Shown one piece after another: positions 20,941-29,250 of a DNA stretch of 64,000 nucleotides. Every line of letters begins with the position of its first letter. Position 1 is the first letter of the stretch. Source of the stretch: an uncultured Candidatus Binatia bacterium (lineage in GTDB: Bacteria > Desulfobacterota > Binatia > UBA9968 > JAJDTQ01); contig OZ219754.1 of the NCBI GenBank assembly GCA_964291295.2, forward strand, positions 3,392,001 to 3,456,000, in the 5' to 3' direction. The notes below the pieces were generated by a model that was given only the letters and a program-made list of their open reading frames with translations, was not told the DNA's origin and did no database searches. A program made the position numbers and the translations under genes.

Positions 20941-21820
20941 CGCTGGACATGATGAGAAGCCGATCTCCGGGTTTCACCGGCCGGCTGGTATCCCGCACGA
21001 AGTCGCGCCCGTTGAGGTTGCAGACGTTGCCTTGGGTGAGGCTGTCCCCGCCTGCGGTGATGACCGGACCCACCAGCGCCGGAAGCTTGAGAGCCAGCGC
21101 CGACAGTACCCGCGCCAGCGTCGCCGGTGCCGGCAACTCCAGCGAGACACGGGCCGTCCTGGCCCTCATCCGGGCCACGCCGAAGAGCTCCACCACACAG
21201 CGCGTCCCCTGGGGCGCCTCCCGCCAGCGGACCAGGGCGGCCTCGTAGTCCTCCGGGGTGTTCATGTTGAAGAAGCTCGACCCGTCCGGATCGCAGGTGC
21301 GCACCTCGTCCTCCTCCACCCTCAGGGTGCGGACCCGGTCGTACAGAAAGACCGGCCGCAATTCGCCGCGCTCGAGCTGTCCCTCCAGCAACGGCAGCAC
21401 CGAGCGCCGGTACACCGCGTGCAGCGGCTGGAAGCGCCCCTCCCAGCGCGGCACCACCACGTCGTGCTCCGGAAGCCGGGAAACCAGATGAGAGACCAGC
21501 GGAAGGCTGAGAAACGGCACGTCGCAGGAGGTGACGAAGGCCGCCCCGCTGTCGCATGCTCCGAGCCCGTACACGATGCCGCCCACCGGACCCTGATGGG
21601 CCACCGTGTCGCGCACCAGCGTGCCGGGCAACTCCGGCAGATCCTGTCCGGGCGCGGCCACCACCACGATGTGCGGAAACAGCAACTCCAGCTTCCGGAC
21701 CACCTGCACGATCAGCGGGTCTCCCCCGAAGGGAAGCATGGCCTTGGCCCGGCCCATGCGGCTGCTCTTGCCGCCGGCCAGAATGATGGCCGAGTCGGCC
21801 TTGTCCGATGCGACGGTCAT
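20927..21820 (-). CDS. mobA: MobA (Mo cofactor guanylyltransferase) fused to a C-terminal MoaD/ThiS domain
   Basis: LAGGKSSRMG, GPVGGI, CDVPF, FFNMNTPEDY, then a beta-grasp domain ending in SSDAGG. Confidence 0.88.
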   Translation of the reverse strand: MTVASDKADSAIILAGGKSSRMGRAKAMLPFGGDPLIVQVVRKLELLFPHIVVVAAPGQDLPELPGTLVRDTVAHQGPVGGIVYGLGACDSGAAFVTSCDVPFLSLPLVSHLVSRLPEHDVVVPRWEGRFQPLHAVYRRSVLPLLEGQLERGELRPVFLYDRVRTLRVEEDEVRTCDPDGSSFFNMNTPEDYEAALVRWREAPQGTRCVVELFGVARMRARTARVSLELPAPATLARVLSALALKLPALVGPVITAGGDSLTQGNVCNLNGRDFVRDTSRPVKPGDRLLIMSSDAGG

Positions 21821-21934
21821 GCGTCAACCCGCCCGAAAGTCCGGCGGCGGCTCCACACGCCGCAGCCCTTGCCTGAAATGATCCCACAGCGGTTGCATCG
21901 ACACAACGCCTTCCGCATGCGAAGCCGATGAAGC

Positions 21935-22333
21935 TCAGCCGGCCCGAGCCTGGTTGAGGCCGGCTCCGGCAAGGTAGCCGAGCCAGACGGCAATCAGGCA
22001 GACCGCCACCGAAAGAACGATGTTACCCAGCGCGTGCAGCACCTGACCCTCGCGCAGAAGCTGGAGTGTCTGCAGGCTGAAAGCCGAGAAGGTCGTGTAG
22101 CCGCCGCAGAAACCGACCATGATGAAAGCCCGCGCCTCGGGTCCGGGCGCCCACGGAGGGCCCAAGGGTCCGCTCAACGGTGCCACCATGCCGATGATGA
22201 ACGAGCCCGCCACATTCACGAGCAGCGTGCCCCAAGGGAAGGCGGCGCCAAGATGCTCCGAAACCAGGCCGGTGCACCAATAACGTCCAACCCCGCCGAG
22301 GGCACTGCCGAGCGCAATCCACAGCCAGATCAT
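21935..22333 (-). CDS. crcB: Fluoride efflux channel FluC/CrcB
   Basis: GSALGGVGRY, FPWGTLLVN, GFCGGYTTFSAF. Confidence 0.95.
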   Translation of the reverse strand: MIWLWIALGSALGGVGRYWCTGLVSEHLGAAFPWGTLLVNVAGSFIIGMVAPLSGPLGPPWAPGPEARAFIMVGFCGGYTTFSAFSLQTLQLLREGQVLHALGNIVLSVAVCLIAVWLGYLAGAGLNQARAG

Positions 22334-22592
22334 TTCCGCGTTGGCTCCGCCAGGCAACAGGATGCCGCTGGTCTGGCGGGAACGGCCCGGTGCCCCGGTG
22401 AATCACGTGAATCACTTGCCGGGCCGCCCGCCATCCGCCGGGGGTACGACTGCGAACCGATAACGGCAAGTCGTCTCACGGGAGCCGGGGGATGCGATCG
22501 TCGACACGTCCGCAGAAGGCTGGAACACGCCCCGGCATCTCACTGCGCACCCGCGGCGGCGGGCCGGGACGTGCGCGAGTCCGCGATCCGGG

Positions 22593-22868
22593 TCAGTGTC
22601 CGATCGCCCAGGGGCGGCGTGCGCGCAGGCGGGCCGGGGCATGCCCGGATGGCTTTCCGGACACCACCTTGGGTTCATGCGCGCTTTTCTCGTTCCGCTG
22701 ATGCGCGATCCGGTTGCTCGGGTCCATGTCGGCGATGAACGGCGCGGTGAAGATGCGCCGGGCCGCGTTCCCGCAAGTCGTGCAGGGCACCGGATCCGAC
22801 GATCGGCTCATGCTGCGCCATTCGGTAAACGGGCCGCACGCATCGCAGCCATAGTCATATAATGGCAT
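22593..22868 (-). CDS. fmdB: FmdB family zinc-ribbon protein
   Basis: MPLYDYGCDACG...CTTCG...NEKSAHEP...RPWAIGH, downstream of formamidase. Confidence 0.9.
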   Translation of the reverse strand: MPLYDYGCDACGPFTEWRSMSRSSDPVPCTTCGNAARRIFTAPFIADMDPSNRIAHQRNEKSAHEPKVVSGKPSGHAPARLRARRPWAIGH

Positions 22869-22905
22869 GGCACTGTCCTTTCCCCACCATCACGACAGCG
22901 TGGCG

Positions 22906-22943
22906 GGATGCCGTCCGCCCCAAGGGAGAGGCGGACGGCATCC
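22906..22943. terminator. Perfect 14-bp stem-loop between ureI-like gene and fmdB
   Basis: GGATGCCGTCCGCC / GGCGGACGGCATCC; no U-tract, so possibly an mRNA stabiliser. Confidence 0.45.
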
Positions 22944-22948
22944 GCGGT

Positions 22949-23464
22949 TCATGCCAGAACGCCTTCCAGCAGCAGATAACCCGGAAGCCAGCCGGTAAGG
23001 ATACCCTGGATCGTGGTGACCGCACCGGTCACCTTCGCGATCGGCTTCTGCATCGCGAGCAGCAGGAAGAACATGAACCACAATACGGCCCATGCCGCCC
23101 AGCACAGCCCGAACCAGTATCCCCACAGCGTGGTGGCGTTGATCAGCGTGTCCAGCGCCACCGGCACGACCGTGATGGCAACGAACAGGCTGTACCAGCC
23201 CAGACCACGGCCGTCGACATCGTTGAATCGATTGTAGGCCACCCACAGGTAGGTGAAGGTGAAAAGAAGCGTCAGCGCCGCGCCCTTGATCGACGCCGCA
23301 TCCGCACCCGGCCCGAAGGCCATGAACGCCGCCACCAGCGCCGTGAGACCACCGACAAAGAAATTGATGATGGCGATCTCCCGATCGGCGATGCGGCCCA
23401 TGAGCCAGATGCCGTTCAGGAAGAGAACGGACCCGACATACAACAGTGCAAGTCCCAGGAGCAT
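22949..23464 (-). CDS. AmiS/UreI family amide/urea channel
   Basis: LLYVGSVLFLNG, LLFTFTYLW, GLGWYSLFVA, WAVLW. Confidence 0.92.
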   Translation of the reverse strand: MLLGLALLYVGSVLFLNGIWLMGRIADREIAIINFFVGGLTALVAAFMAFGPGADAASIKGAALTLLFTFTYLWVAYNRFNDVDGRGLGWYSLFVAITVVPVALDTLINATTLWGYWFGLCWAAWAVLWFMFFLLLAMQKPIAKVTGAVTTIQGILTGWLPGYLLLEGVLA

Positions 23465-23625
23465 GGTTCAAGCCCTCCGTGTGTCGCACGTTGTCAGTTT
23501 GGCTGGTACGGGAACGCCCGCTCAACGGGGTGAGCCGGGAGCGGGCGCTCGCCGTCCGTCACCCAGGCAGCGCGATGGCGAGGCGGAGACGAGGCGAATG
23601 GCGCCCCTTCTCCGCCATGCATCCA

Positions 23626-24864
23626 TCAGCTGCAGGATGCCGCGTCCACACCGCTGACCTGAAGCGTCGGTCCGGAAGCGCTCGGCCGGATATCGAAATC
23701 GAAGATTTCGGTTGGAACCGCGACCGTACAACAGGCGTTGGGGATATCGACGATGCCGCTTACCCGACCCTCTACCGGAGCCGTCCCCAGTATCATGTAG
23801 GCCTGCTCGCCCGAATAGCCGAACTTCTTGAGGTATTCGACCGCGTTCAGGCAGGCGCGCCGGTATGCCACCGTCGCATCCAGGTACTTCTGGGATCCGT
23901 CATGCTCGTCCACGCAGACCCCTTCGAAGATCAGGTACTCGGAATAATGCGGCTCGACCGGGCTCGGCTTGAATACCGGATTGGTGATCCCGTACTTCTC
24001 GATGCCGCCCTTGATGACATTCACGCCGATGTCGATCCACCCGGCCATCTCGATGGCGCCACAGAAGGTGATTTCACCGTCCCCCTGCGACCAGTGGATG
24101 TCGCCCATCGACAGCCCGCCGCCGGGCCTGTAGACCGGGAAGTAGCAAGTAGAGCCACGCGACAGGTTCTTGATGTCGCAGTTGCCCCCGTGCTCCCGCC
24201 CCGGAACCGTCCGCGCACCCTCCTGACCCGCGGCCTGGGCGGCCGCGCCGGTCATCTGCCCCATGAGCGCCGTGGTCGTGCCGGCGAGTCCGTCCGGCAG
24301 CGTGCACAGCGGCGGCACGCGATCCGGATCGGTTCTGAACAGAGCCGATTCCCTGTCGTTCCACCGCTTCAGCAGATCCGCCGAAGGCAGGGTGCCGATG
24401 AGCCCCGGATGGATGAGCCCGGGGAAGCGCACGCCGGGAATATGGCGAGAGGAGGTGTAGATGCCGTGGAAGTCCCAGCAGGCCTTGCGCGCCTCGGGAA
24501 AATGCTTGTCGAGGAAACCGCCGCCGTTTTCCAGCGCGAAGATCCCGGTGAAGCCCCACTGTGAGTCTTCAAGCCAGCCGATGTCGTTGATGTCCACCAC
24601 TAGAAGGTCGCCGGGCTCGGCCCCTTCGACGCCGAACGGACCGCTCAGGTAATGAACTTTCGAAAGGTCGACATCACGGATGTCGTTGGCTGAATTGTCG
24701 TTGTGAATCTGGCCCCCGGTCCAATCGTAGCATTCGACACGAAACTCGTCGCCGGGCTTGAACTGTTCGACTATCGGGATGTCAGGATGCCACCGATTAT
24801 GGGTCTTGACGGCTTGGTCCTCGGGCCACTTGTCCATTTCCGCCCGAAAAACGGTTCTTGCCAT
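23626..24864 (-). CDS. fmdA: Formamidase (acetamidase/formamidase family)
   Basis: HNRWHPDIP, DWTGGQI, HYLSGP, EHGGNCDIKNL, SQGDGEITFCGAIE, GIVDIPNAC. Confidence 0.95.
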   Translation of the reverse strand: MARTVFRAEMDKWPEDQAVKTHNRWHPDIPIVEQFKPGDEFRVECYDWTGGQIHNDNSANDIRDVDLSKVHYLSGPFGVEGAEPGDLLVVDINDIGWLEDSQWGFTGIFALENGGGFLDKHFPEARKACWDFHGIYTSSRHIPGVRFPGLIHPGLIGTLPSADLLKRWNDRESALFRTDPDRVPPLCTLPDGLAGTTTALMGQMTGAAAQAAGQEGARTVPGREHGGNCDIKNLSRGSTCYFPVYRPGGGLSMGDIHWSQGDGEITFCGAIEMAGWIDIGVNVIKGGIEKYGITNPVFKPSPVEPHYSEYLIFEGVCVDEHDGSQKYLDATVAYRRACLNAVEYLKKFGYSGEQAYMILGTAPVEGRVSGIVDIPNACCTVAVPTEIFDFDIRPSASGPTLQVSGVDAASCS

Positions 24865-25051
24865 TGTCGTTCTCCCTTGCTTGCCTTCCCTCGAGTCGAG
24901 GCAAGGCATTCGATGCGCCTGTTACAGACAGATCCACAAGTCCATGTTACCGCTGTTCGTCCTCCTTTCCGTGTGAACGGCCTGTGTCCGCGACCCCTGC
25001 TCCCGCCTGAAGGCAGGGACAAGAGCCGACATCCTGCGAAAAAGAGCCCCG

Positions 25052-25080
25052 TCTGTAGCACAACCAAAAGGCCGGTGCAA
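25052..25080 (-). promoter_or_regulatory. Putative sigma70 promoter of the fmdA operon
   Basis: Minus strand TTGCAC-17 nt-TACAGA with TGn extension and an AT-rich upstream tract. Confidence 0.5.
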
Positions 25081-25222
25081 GAAAAATTTATCAAGAAGAA
25101 TTTTCCCCGAAGGTCGCATCAGGGAACGCGCCCCCGGGAACCCGGCCGCCAAAGCCCACGAACCTCAAGCCCCCGTCCTCCTCCCTTCAGGATCATCGCC
25201 CTGCCGGAGAACACCGGGGAGA

Positions 25223-25678
25223 TCAGGAACACAGCCGCTGCCGCATCTCCCGCAATGCCTGTTGGAAGAGTTCGGGGTCCTTGGACAGGGCGGTCTTGTA
25301 GAGCGCGTATCGTTCATGTCCCGCCCAGCGGCCCCACTCGGAGACCGTCACGGCGACGCCCTCCCCTTCGCTTCGCACCGCCACCGACTCCGGCACCGCG
25401 GCCGCCGCCCACGCGCCCGGGTCCAGTGCCGGGCAATGCTCGGCTGCCACACCCGCGCGCGACGATGCCAGCGCGGCGACGAATGCGGCGAATACCCCTT
25501 TCTCCTCGTCGAGGTCCGCCGGCAGGTGGCACAGCGCCAGGCGCTCTTCGAGACTGAACGCGCGCCAGGTGTCCAGTGACACCCGGACCCCCGCGACATC
25601 GAGCTTCATCCGCACGTGGAACGGTACCCGATCCAGCGTGGGGTAGAATGCGTCCTCGAATTCGAACCGGTAGAACAT
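25223..25678 (-). CDS. Nitrate reductase-associated protein (NarM / Nitr_red_assoc-like)
   Basis: FEFED.F..TL..VP..VRMKLD..G...SL..W....EER..L; C-terminal W......RYAL.K. Confidence 0.75.
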   Translation of the reverse strand: MFYRFEFEDAFYPTLDRVPFHVRMKLDVAGVRVSLDTWRAFSLEERLALCHLPADLDEEKGVFAAFVAALASSRAGVAAEHCPALDPGAWAAAAVPESVAVRSEGEGVAVTVSEWGRWAGHERYALYKTALSKDPELFQQALREMRQRLCS

Positions 25679-25726
25679 TCCATCAGCGCCTGGAGATCCA
25701 CGCCGTCCCGGGTCCGCGACGTCGCC

Positions 25727-26962
25727 TCATTGGAATGCCTGCTCCCTCGTCCCCTTCAGGAAGCGAATGCCCCACACCATCAGTATGGAGACCATGAAGT
25801 TGCCGAAAGCGATCATGAAAGGGACCGTGTAGTTGCCGAAGACATCGTGCAGGAAGCCCCCCAGCCATATCCCCACGGCACCGCCGATGCCGATGCTCAT
25901 GGTGAAATAGCCGTAGATGGCACCGAAGTTGCGCCCCAGGAAGACATCGGCGGAGATGGCTGACAGCACCAGCGCCCTGGATCCCTGACCAAGCCCGTAG
26001 CAGACGGCATAGACATAGAGCAGCAGAGCCGGATGGGTGGGGCTGTCGGCCCACACCAGCGCCAGGATCCCTGCCGACGAGACCACCTGCACCAGCGTAT
26101 ACACCATCTGGTGGCTCAGGACATCCGTCAGATATCCGAAGAGAACCCGCCCGAAGATGCTGAACAGACCCATGAGGCCCAGGACGGAAGCGGCGAACAA
26201 CGGCGTGTAGCCGATATCCACCGCATGCGCGACCTGGTGGTTGGTGATGATCTGGTTGCCCATGCTGGCGACGATGCGCGAGACGAAGAGCAACCAGAAC
26301 ATCGTGCTGGTCAACGCCTCCAGGACAGTCCAGTCGCCGGCCGCCGCCGCGTTTCGCGCATCGGTCTTCGGCGGCGCGGGCCTGTCCCGGGGCATGAGAA
26401 CAACCGAGGGCACCACCACCAGCAGGAATGCCAGGACTCCCATGCCGACGTAGGCCAACCGCCAACCCCAGACGTCCACCAACAGTTGCGCCACCGGGAG
26501 CAGCGCGGCAATGCCGAGGCCGCCGCCGCTCCAGGCCAGCCCCATGGCCAGGCCCCGGCGCTTGCTGAATTCCCGCGCGATGATGGCCACATGGGGCACC
26601 ATGCCCATGAATCCCAAGCCCAGCGCCGTGACCACGCCGACCCACAGATAGAGCTGCCAGAGCGATGAAACCGTGCCGCTGCACGCCAGTCCCGCGGCGA
26701 GCAGGAGACCTCCCGAAACCAGCGTCTTGCGCGATCCCCAACGATCCACCAGCAAGCCCGCCAGCGGCATGGAAACCCCTTCCACCAACACCGAGATGGA
26801 CAGCGCCGTGGCGGTGACGCCGCGAGACCATCCGAAGGCCTGGAACAGGGCGACATAGAAAACCGCATAGACGCCGCGAATGCCGCGGTTGCAGCCCATG
26901 TGCAGAAAACCCAGAGCGACCTGGCCGATACGCCGCGCGTTGTCGGTTCTTGAACCTTGAAT
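25727..26962 (-). CDS. MFS transporter (OFA/MCT-like), probable ATT start
   Basis: About 12 TM helices, FGWSR, GLLVDRWGSR, KRRGLAMG; first helix lies upstream of the first ATG (26899); AGGAGG 9 nt before in-frame ATT 26962. Confidence 0.85.
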   Translation of the reverse strand: MQGSRTDNARRIGQVALGFLHMGCNRGIRGVYAVFYVALFQAFGWSRGVTATALSISVLVEGVSMPLAGLLVDRWGSRKTLVSGGLLLAAGLACSGTVSSLWQLYLWVGVVTALGLGFMGMVPHVAIIAREFSKRRGLAMGLAWSGGGLGIAALLPVAQLLVDVWGWRLAYVGMGVLAFLLVVVPSVVLMPRDRPAPPKTDARNAAAAGDWTVLEALTSTMFWLLFVSRIVASMGNQIITNHQVAHAVDIGYTPLFAASVLGLMGLFSIFGRVLFGYLTDVLSHQMVYTLVQVVSSAGILALVWADSPTHPALLLYVYAVCYGLGQGSRALVLSAISADVFLGRNFGAIYGYFTMSIGIGGAVGIWLGGFLHDVFGNYTVPFMIAFGNFMVSILMVWGIRFLKGTREQAFQ

Positions 26963-27073
26963 GGGAAACGACCTCCTGGCGCGAGATGGGTGGAGACGGG
27001 TGCAGATGGGGGCGGCCCCGGTCCGGCCTCGCCAGCGGTGCGCATGCCGGCGCGCGCCGCCTGGTGGAACGGC

Positions 27074-27931
27074 CTACAGGAACTCGTCGGTCCAGGCGTC
27101 GTACCGGTCCTGGCCCAGCACGCGCTTCATCAACCCGGACGACGCCGCCTGGTCCTTGAGCCCGGCTGGCGGCTGCCCCTCCCGCAAGTGGGCGTAGGAC
27201 CGTTGCAGCGCCCGCACCGCCACCTGGAACGGCATGTGGCCCTGCAGAGCGACGCGGACGCCGTTGGCGGCGAGAAACTCCCGATCATGGAGCTCGGGCG
27301 GCGTCGTGCCCATCACCACCGGCAGGCGGGTCATGGCATGGATGGCCGCGACCTGTTCACGCGACCGCACTCCGGTGAAGAAGACGCCATCGGCGCCGGC
27401 CTTCTCGCAGGCCTTCACGCGCTCGGACAGCGCATCCTCGCCCTGGGTCGGCAACACGCCGGTGCGGCCCAGGACCACGGTTTCCCGATCCGACCGCGCC
27501 GCCACCGCCGCGCGAATCTTGCCCGCGAATTCCTCCAACGAGATGAACTCCTCCCTCTTCGTGCCGAAGCCCCTGGGCAGACGCGTGTCCTCGATGGTCA
27601 GAGCCGCCACCCCCACCGCCTCCAGCTCCTGCACCGTCCTCATGACGCTCAGGGCATTGCCGTAACCGTGGTCCGCATCCACCATCAGCGGCAGCCCGGC
27701 GGCCCGGACAATGCGGCGCGCCTGCTCGGCAAGTTCCGTCAGCGTGAGAACGACGATGTCCGGCGCCCCCAGCACCGTGGCCGAGGCAATGGAGCCCGCC
27801 AGCATGCCGATCTCGAAACCCGCCGCTTCGGCGAGCCGCGCCGACACCGGATCGAATACGGAAGCCGGATGATGACAGCCGTTGCCCTGCAGCAGGCCGC
27901 GATACCGGCGGCGACGTTCGACAGCCGTCAC
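27074..27931 (-). CDS. Isocitrate lyase/PEP mutase family enzyme (oxaloacetate decarboxylase-like)
   Basis: SVFDPVSAR, GAPD, VDADHGYGNA, TIEDT. Confidence 0.85.
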   Translation of the reverse strand: MTAVERRRRYRGLLQGNGCHHPASVFDPVSARLAEAAGFEIGMLAGSIASATVLGAPDIVVLTLTELAEQARRIVRAAGLPLMVDADHGYGNALSVMRTVQELEAVGVAALTIEDTRLPRGFGTKREEFISLEEFAGKIRAAVAARSDRETVVLGRTGVLPTQGEDALSERVKACEKAGADGVFFTGVRSREQVAAIHAMTRLPVVMGTTPPELHDREFLAANGVRVALQGHMPFQVAVRALQRSYAHLREGQPPAGLKDQAASSGLMKRVLGQDRYDAWTDEFL

Positions 27932-27998
27932 GGTTCCTCCTCAATGCCTCCGGGACGGCGTCCGGGATGTTCCCGGCTCCCGGACCCCGCGCCGCGCC

Positions 27999-29033
27999 CT
28001 ATTGGCCCGGGTTCAATCGCAGATAGTCGTAGCGGTCGCCGGACACCACCCGCACCTCGTCGATTCGAACGCCCTTCAGGATATTGAGCGGGACGGCCAC
28101 TCCGGGCGACCCCAGAGCCCAGACCTTGCGGTAGAGGTCGGAAAGTCCCTCCACCGGACTTCCTCCGACGCCTGCAATGAGGTCACCCGGACGGAGGCCG
28201 GCCTGCGCGGCCGGCCCTCCTCTGGATACACGACGAATGATCACGTGTCCACCGGCCTCTTCCATCCGCGCACCGAGCCACGGCCTCGGTGCGGCTCCGG
28301 ACCTCCCTGTCCGGGCGAGGTCCGGCAGGATCGGCTTCAGCAGGTCGATGGGAACGAACATGTTGCCCGGGACGGGTTGGCCGGCAATCGCCTCCGGCAC
28401 CTGAAGCGAGCCGATTCCCAGCAGTTCGCCGCTCCTGTCCACCAGGGCCGCCCCGCCGAAGTTGGCGTGATGCGGCGCGGTGAAGATGGCCCGCTCCAGC
28501 AGATACTCCCAGTAGCCGGCGAACTCGCGGCGCGACACCACGTAGGCTCCCTGTCCCGAGGGGCCGTTTGCCGCGTAGCTGAGGATCAGGACCTCCGCGC
28601 CCCGGTTCACGTCCGACGACGCGCCCAGCGGCAAGGGTGCGGCATCGGTCACCGTGGCAAGGGCGCGGAGCAGGCCGAAGCCCGTGGCGTGATCGTAACC
28701 CAGGACCGTCGCCGGCACCGTTCTTCCGGTGAAGTCGGTGACCTGCACCCGCGACGCCTCGAGAATCACGTAACCGATGGTCAGGATGAGGCCGTCGGGA
28801 TCGATGATCACGCCGCTGCCTTCCCGCAACGGCCCCAGGGAAGCCGCAGTACGCGCGTCCGCCGGCACTTCCGCCCGGACCTTCACCACCGCGTTGAGGG
28901 TTTCGGCGGTAAACTCCCGGGCGCCGACGTGCGCGGGAAGGGCCGGCACAAGGGCCAGCACAAGGACCGGCGCGAGGGCCGGCGCGAGGGCCGGCGCGAG
29001 GTCAAGGCGGGCAAGGAGACCTCCCTTTTCCAC
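27999..29033 (-). CDS. S1C (HtrA-like) trypsin-fold + PDZ protein, catalytic residues substituted
   Basis: GSGVII, LTIGYV (vs TNxHV), NFGGAAL (vs GNSGGPL), C-terminal PDZ; AGGAGG RBS and signal peptide. Confidence 0.8.
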   Translation of the reverse strand: MEKGGLLARLDLAPALAPALAPVLVLALVPALPAHVGAREFTAETLNAVVKVRAEVPADARTAASLGPLREGSGVIIDPDGLILTIGYVILEASRVQVTDFTGRTVPATVLGYDHATGFGLLRALATVTDAAPLPLGASSDVNRGAEVLILSYAANGPSGQGAYVVSRREFAGYWEYLLERAIFTAPHHANFGGAALVDRSGELLGIGSLQVPEAIAGQPVPGNMFVPIDLLKPILPDLARTGRSGAAPRPWLGARMEEAGGHVIIRRVSRGGPAAQAGLRPGDLIAGVGGSPVEGLSDLYRKVWALGSPGVAVPLNILKGVRIDEVRVVSGDRYDYLRLNPGQ

Positions 29034-29052
29034 AAGACACCTCCTGTATCCG

Positions 29053-29213
29053 GGAGCCTGCACCGCGGAAAATCCTCGTGGGACAGATATCCACCAGAGT
29101 CCCACTTGGTGCCCAACGATGGGACAAGACTACACGTTTCCAGCATTCTGGACGAGAATCCGGACATGCTCTCCCACCCGCCACCTGCCGAAGCGTCCTG
29201 CGGCGCAGACCCC
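29053..29213. mobile_element. MITE-like element, copy 2
   Basis: Colinear similarity to 4387-4558; ends GGAGCCTGCACCGCGG / CTGCGGCGCAGACCCC. Confidence 0.7.
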
Positions 29214-29250
29214 TGCTCTGCGGGACACGACACGCTATAATCCATACGTC

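Noticed and set aside
22334-22590. Fluoride riboswitch upstream of crcB
   Set aside because: No GGCGATGG...CTGATG consensus visible on the coding strand
24955-25020. Moco/Tuco riboswitch
   Set aside because: Only GGAAAGGAG matches; the pairing CTCCC and other conserved stems are absent
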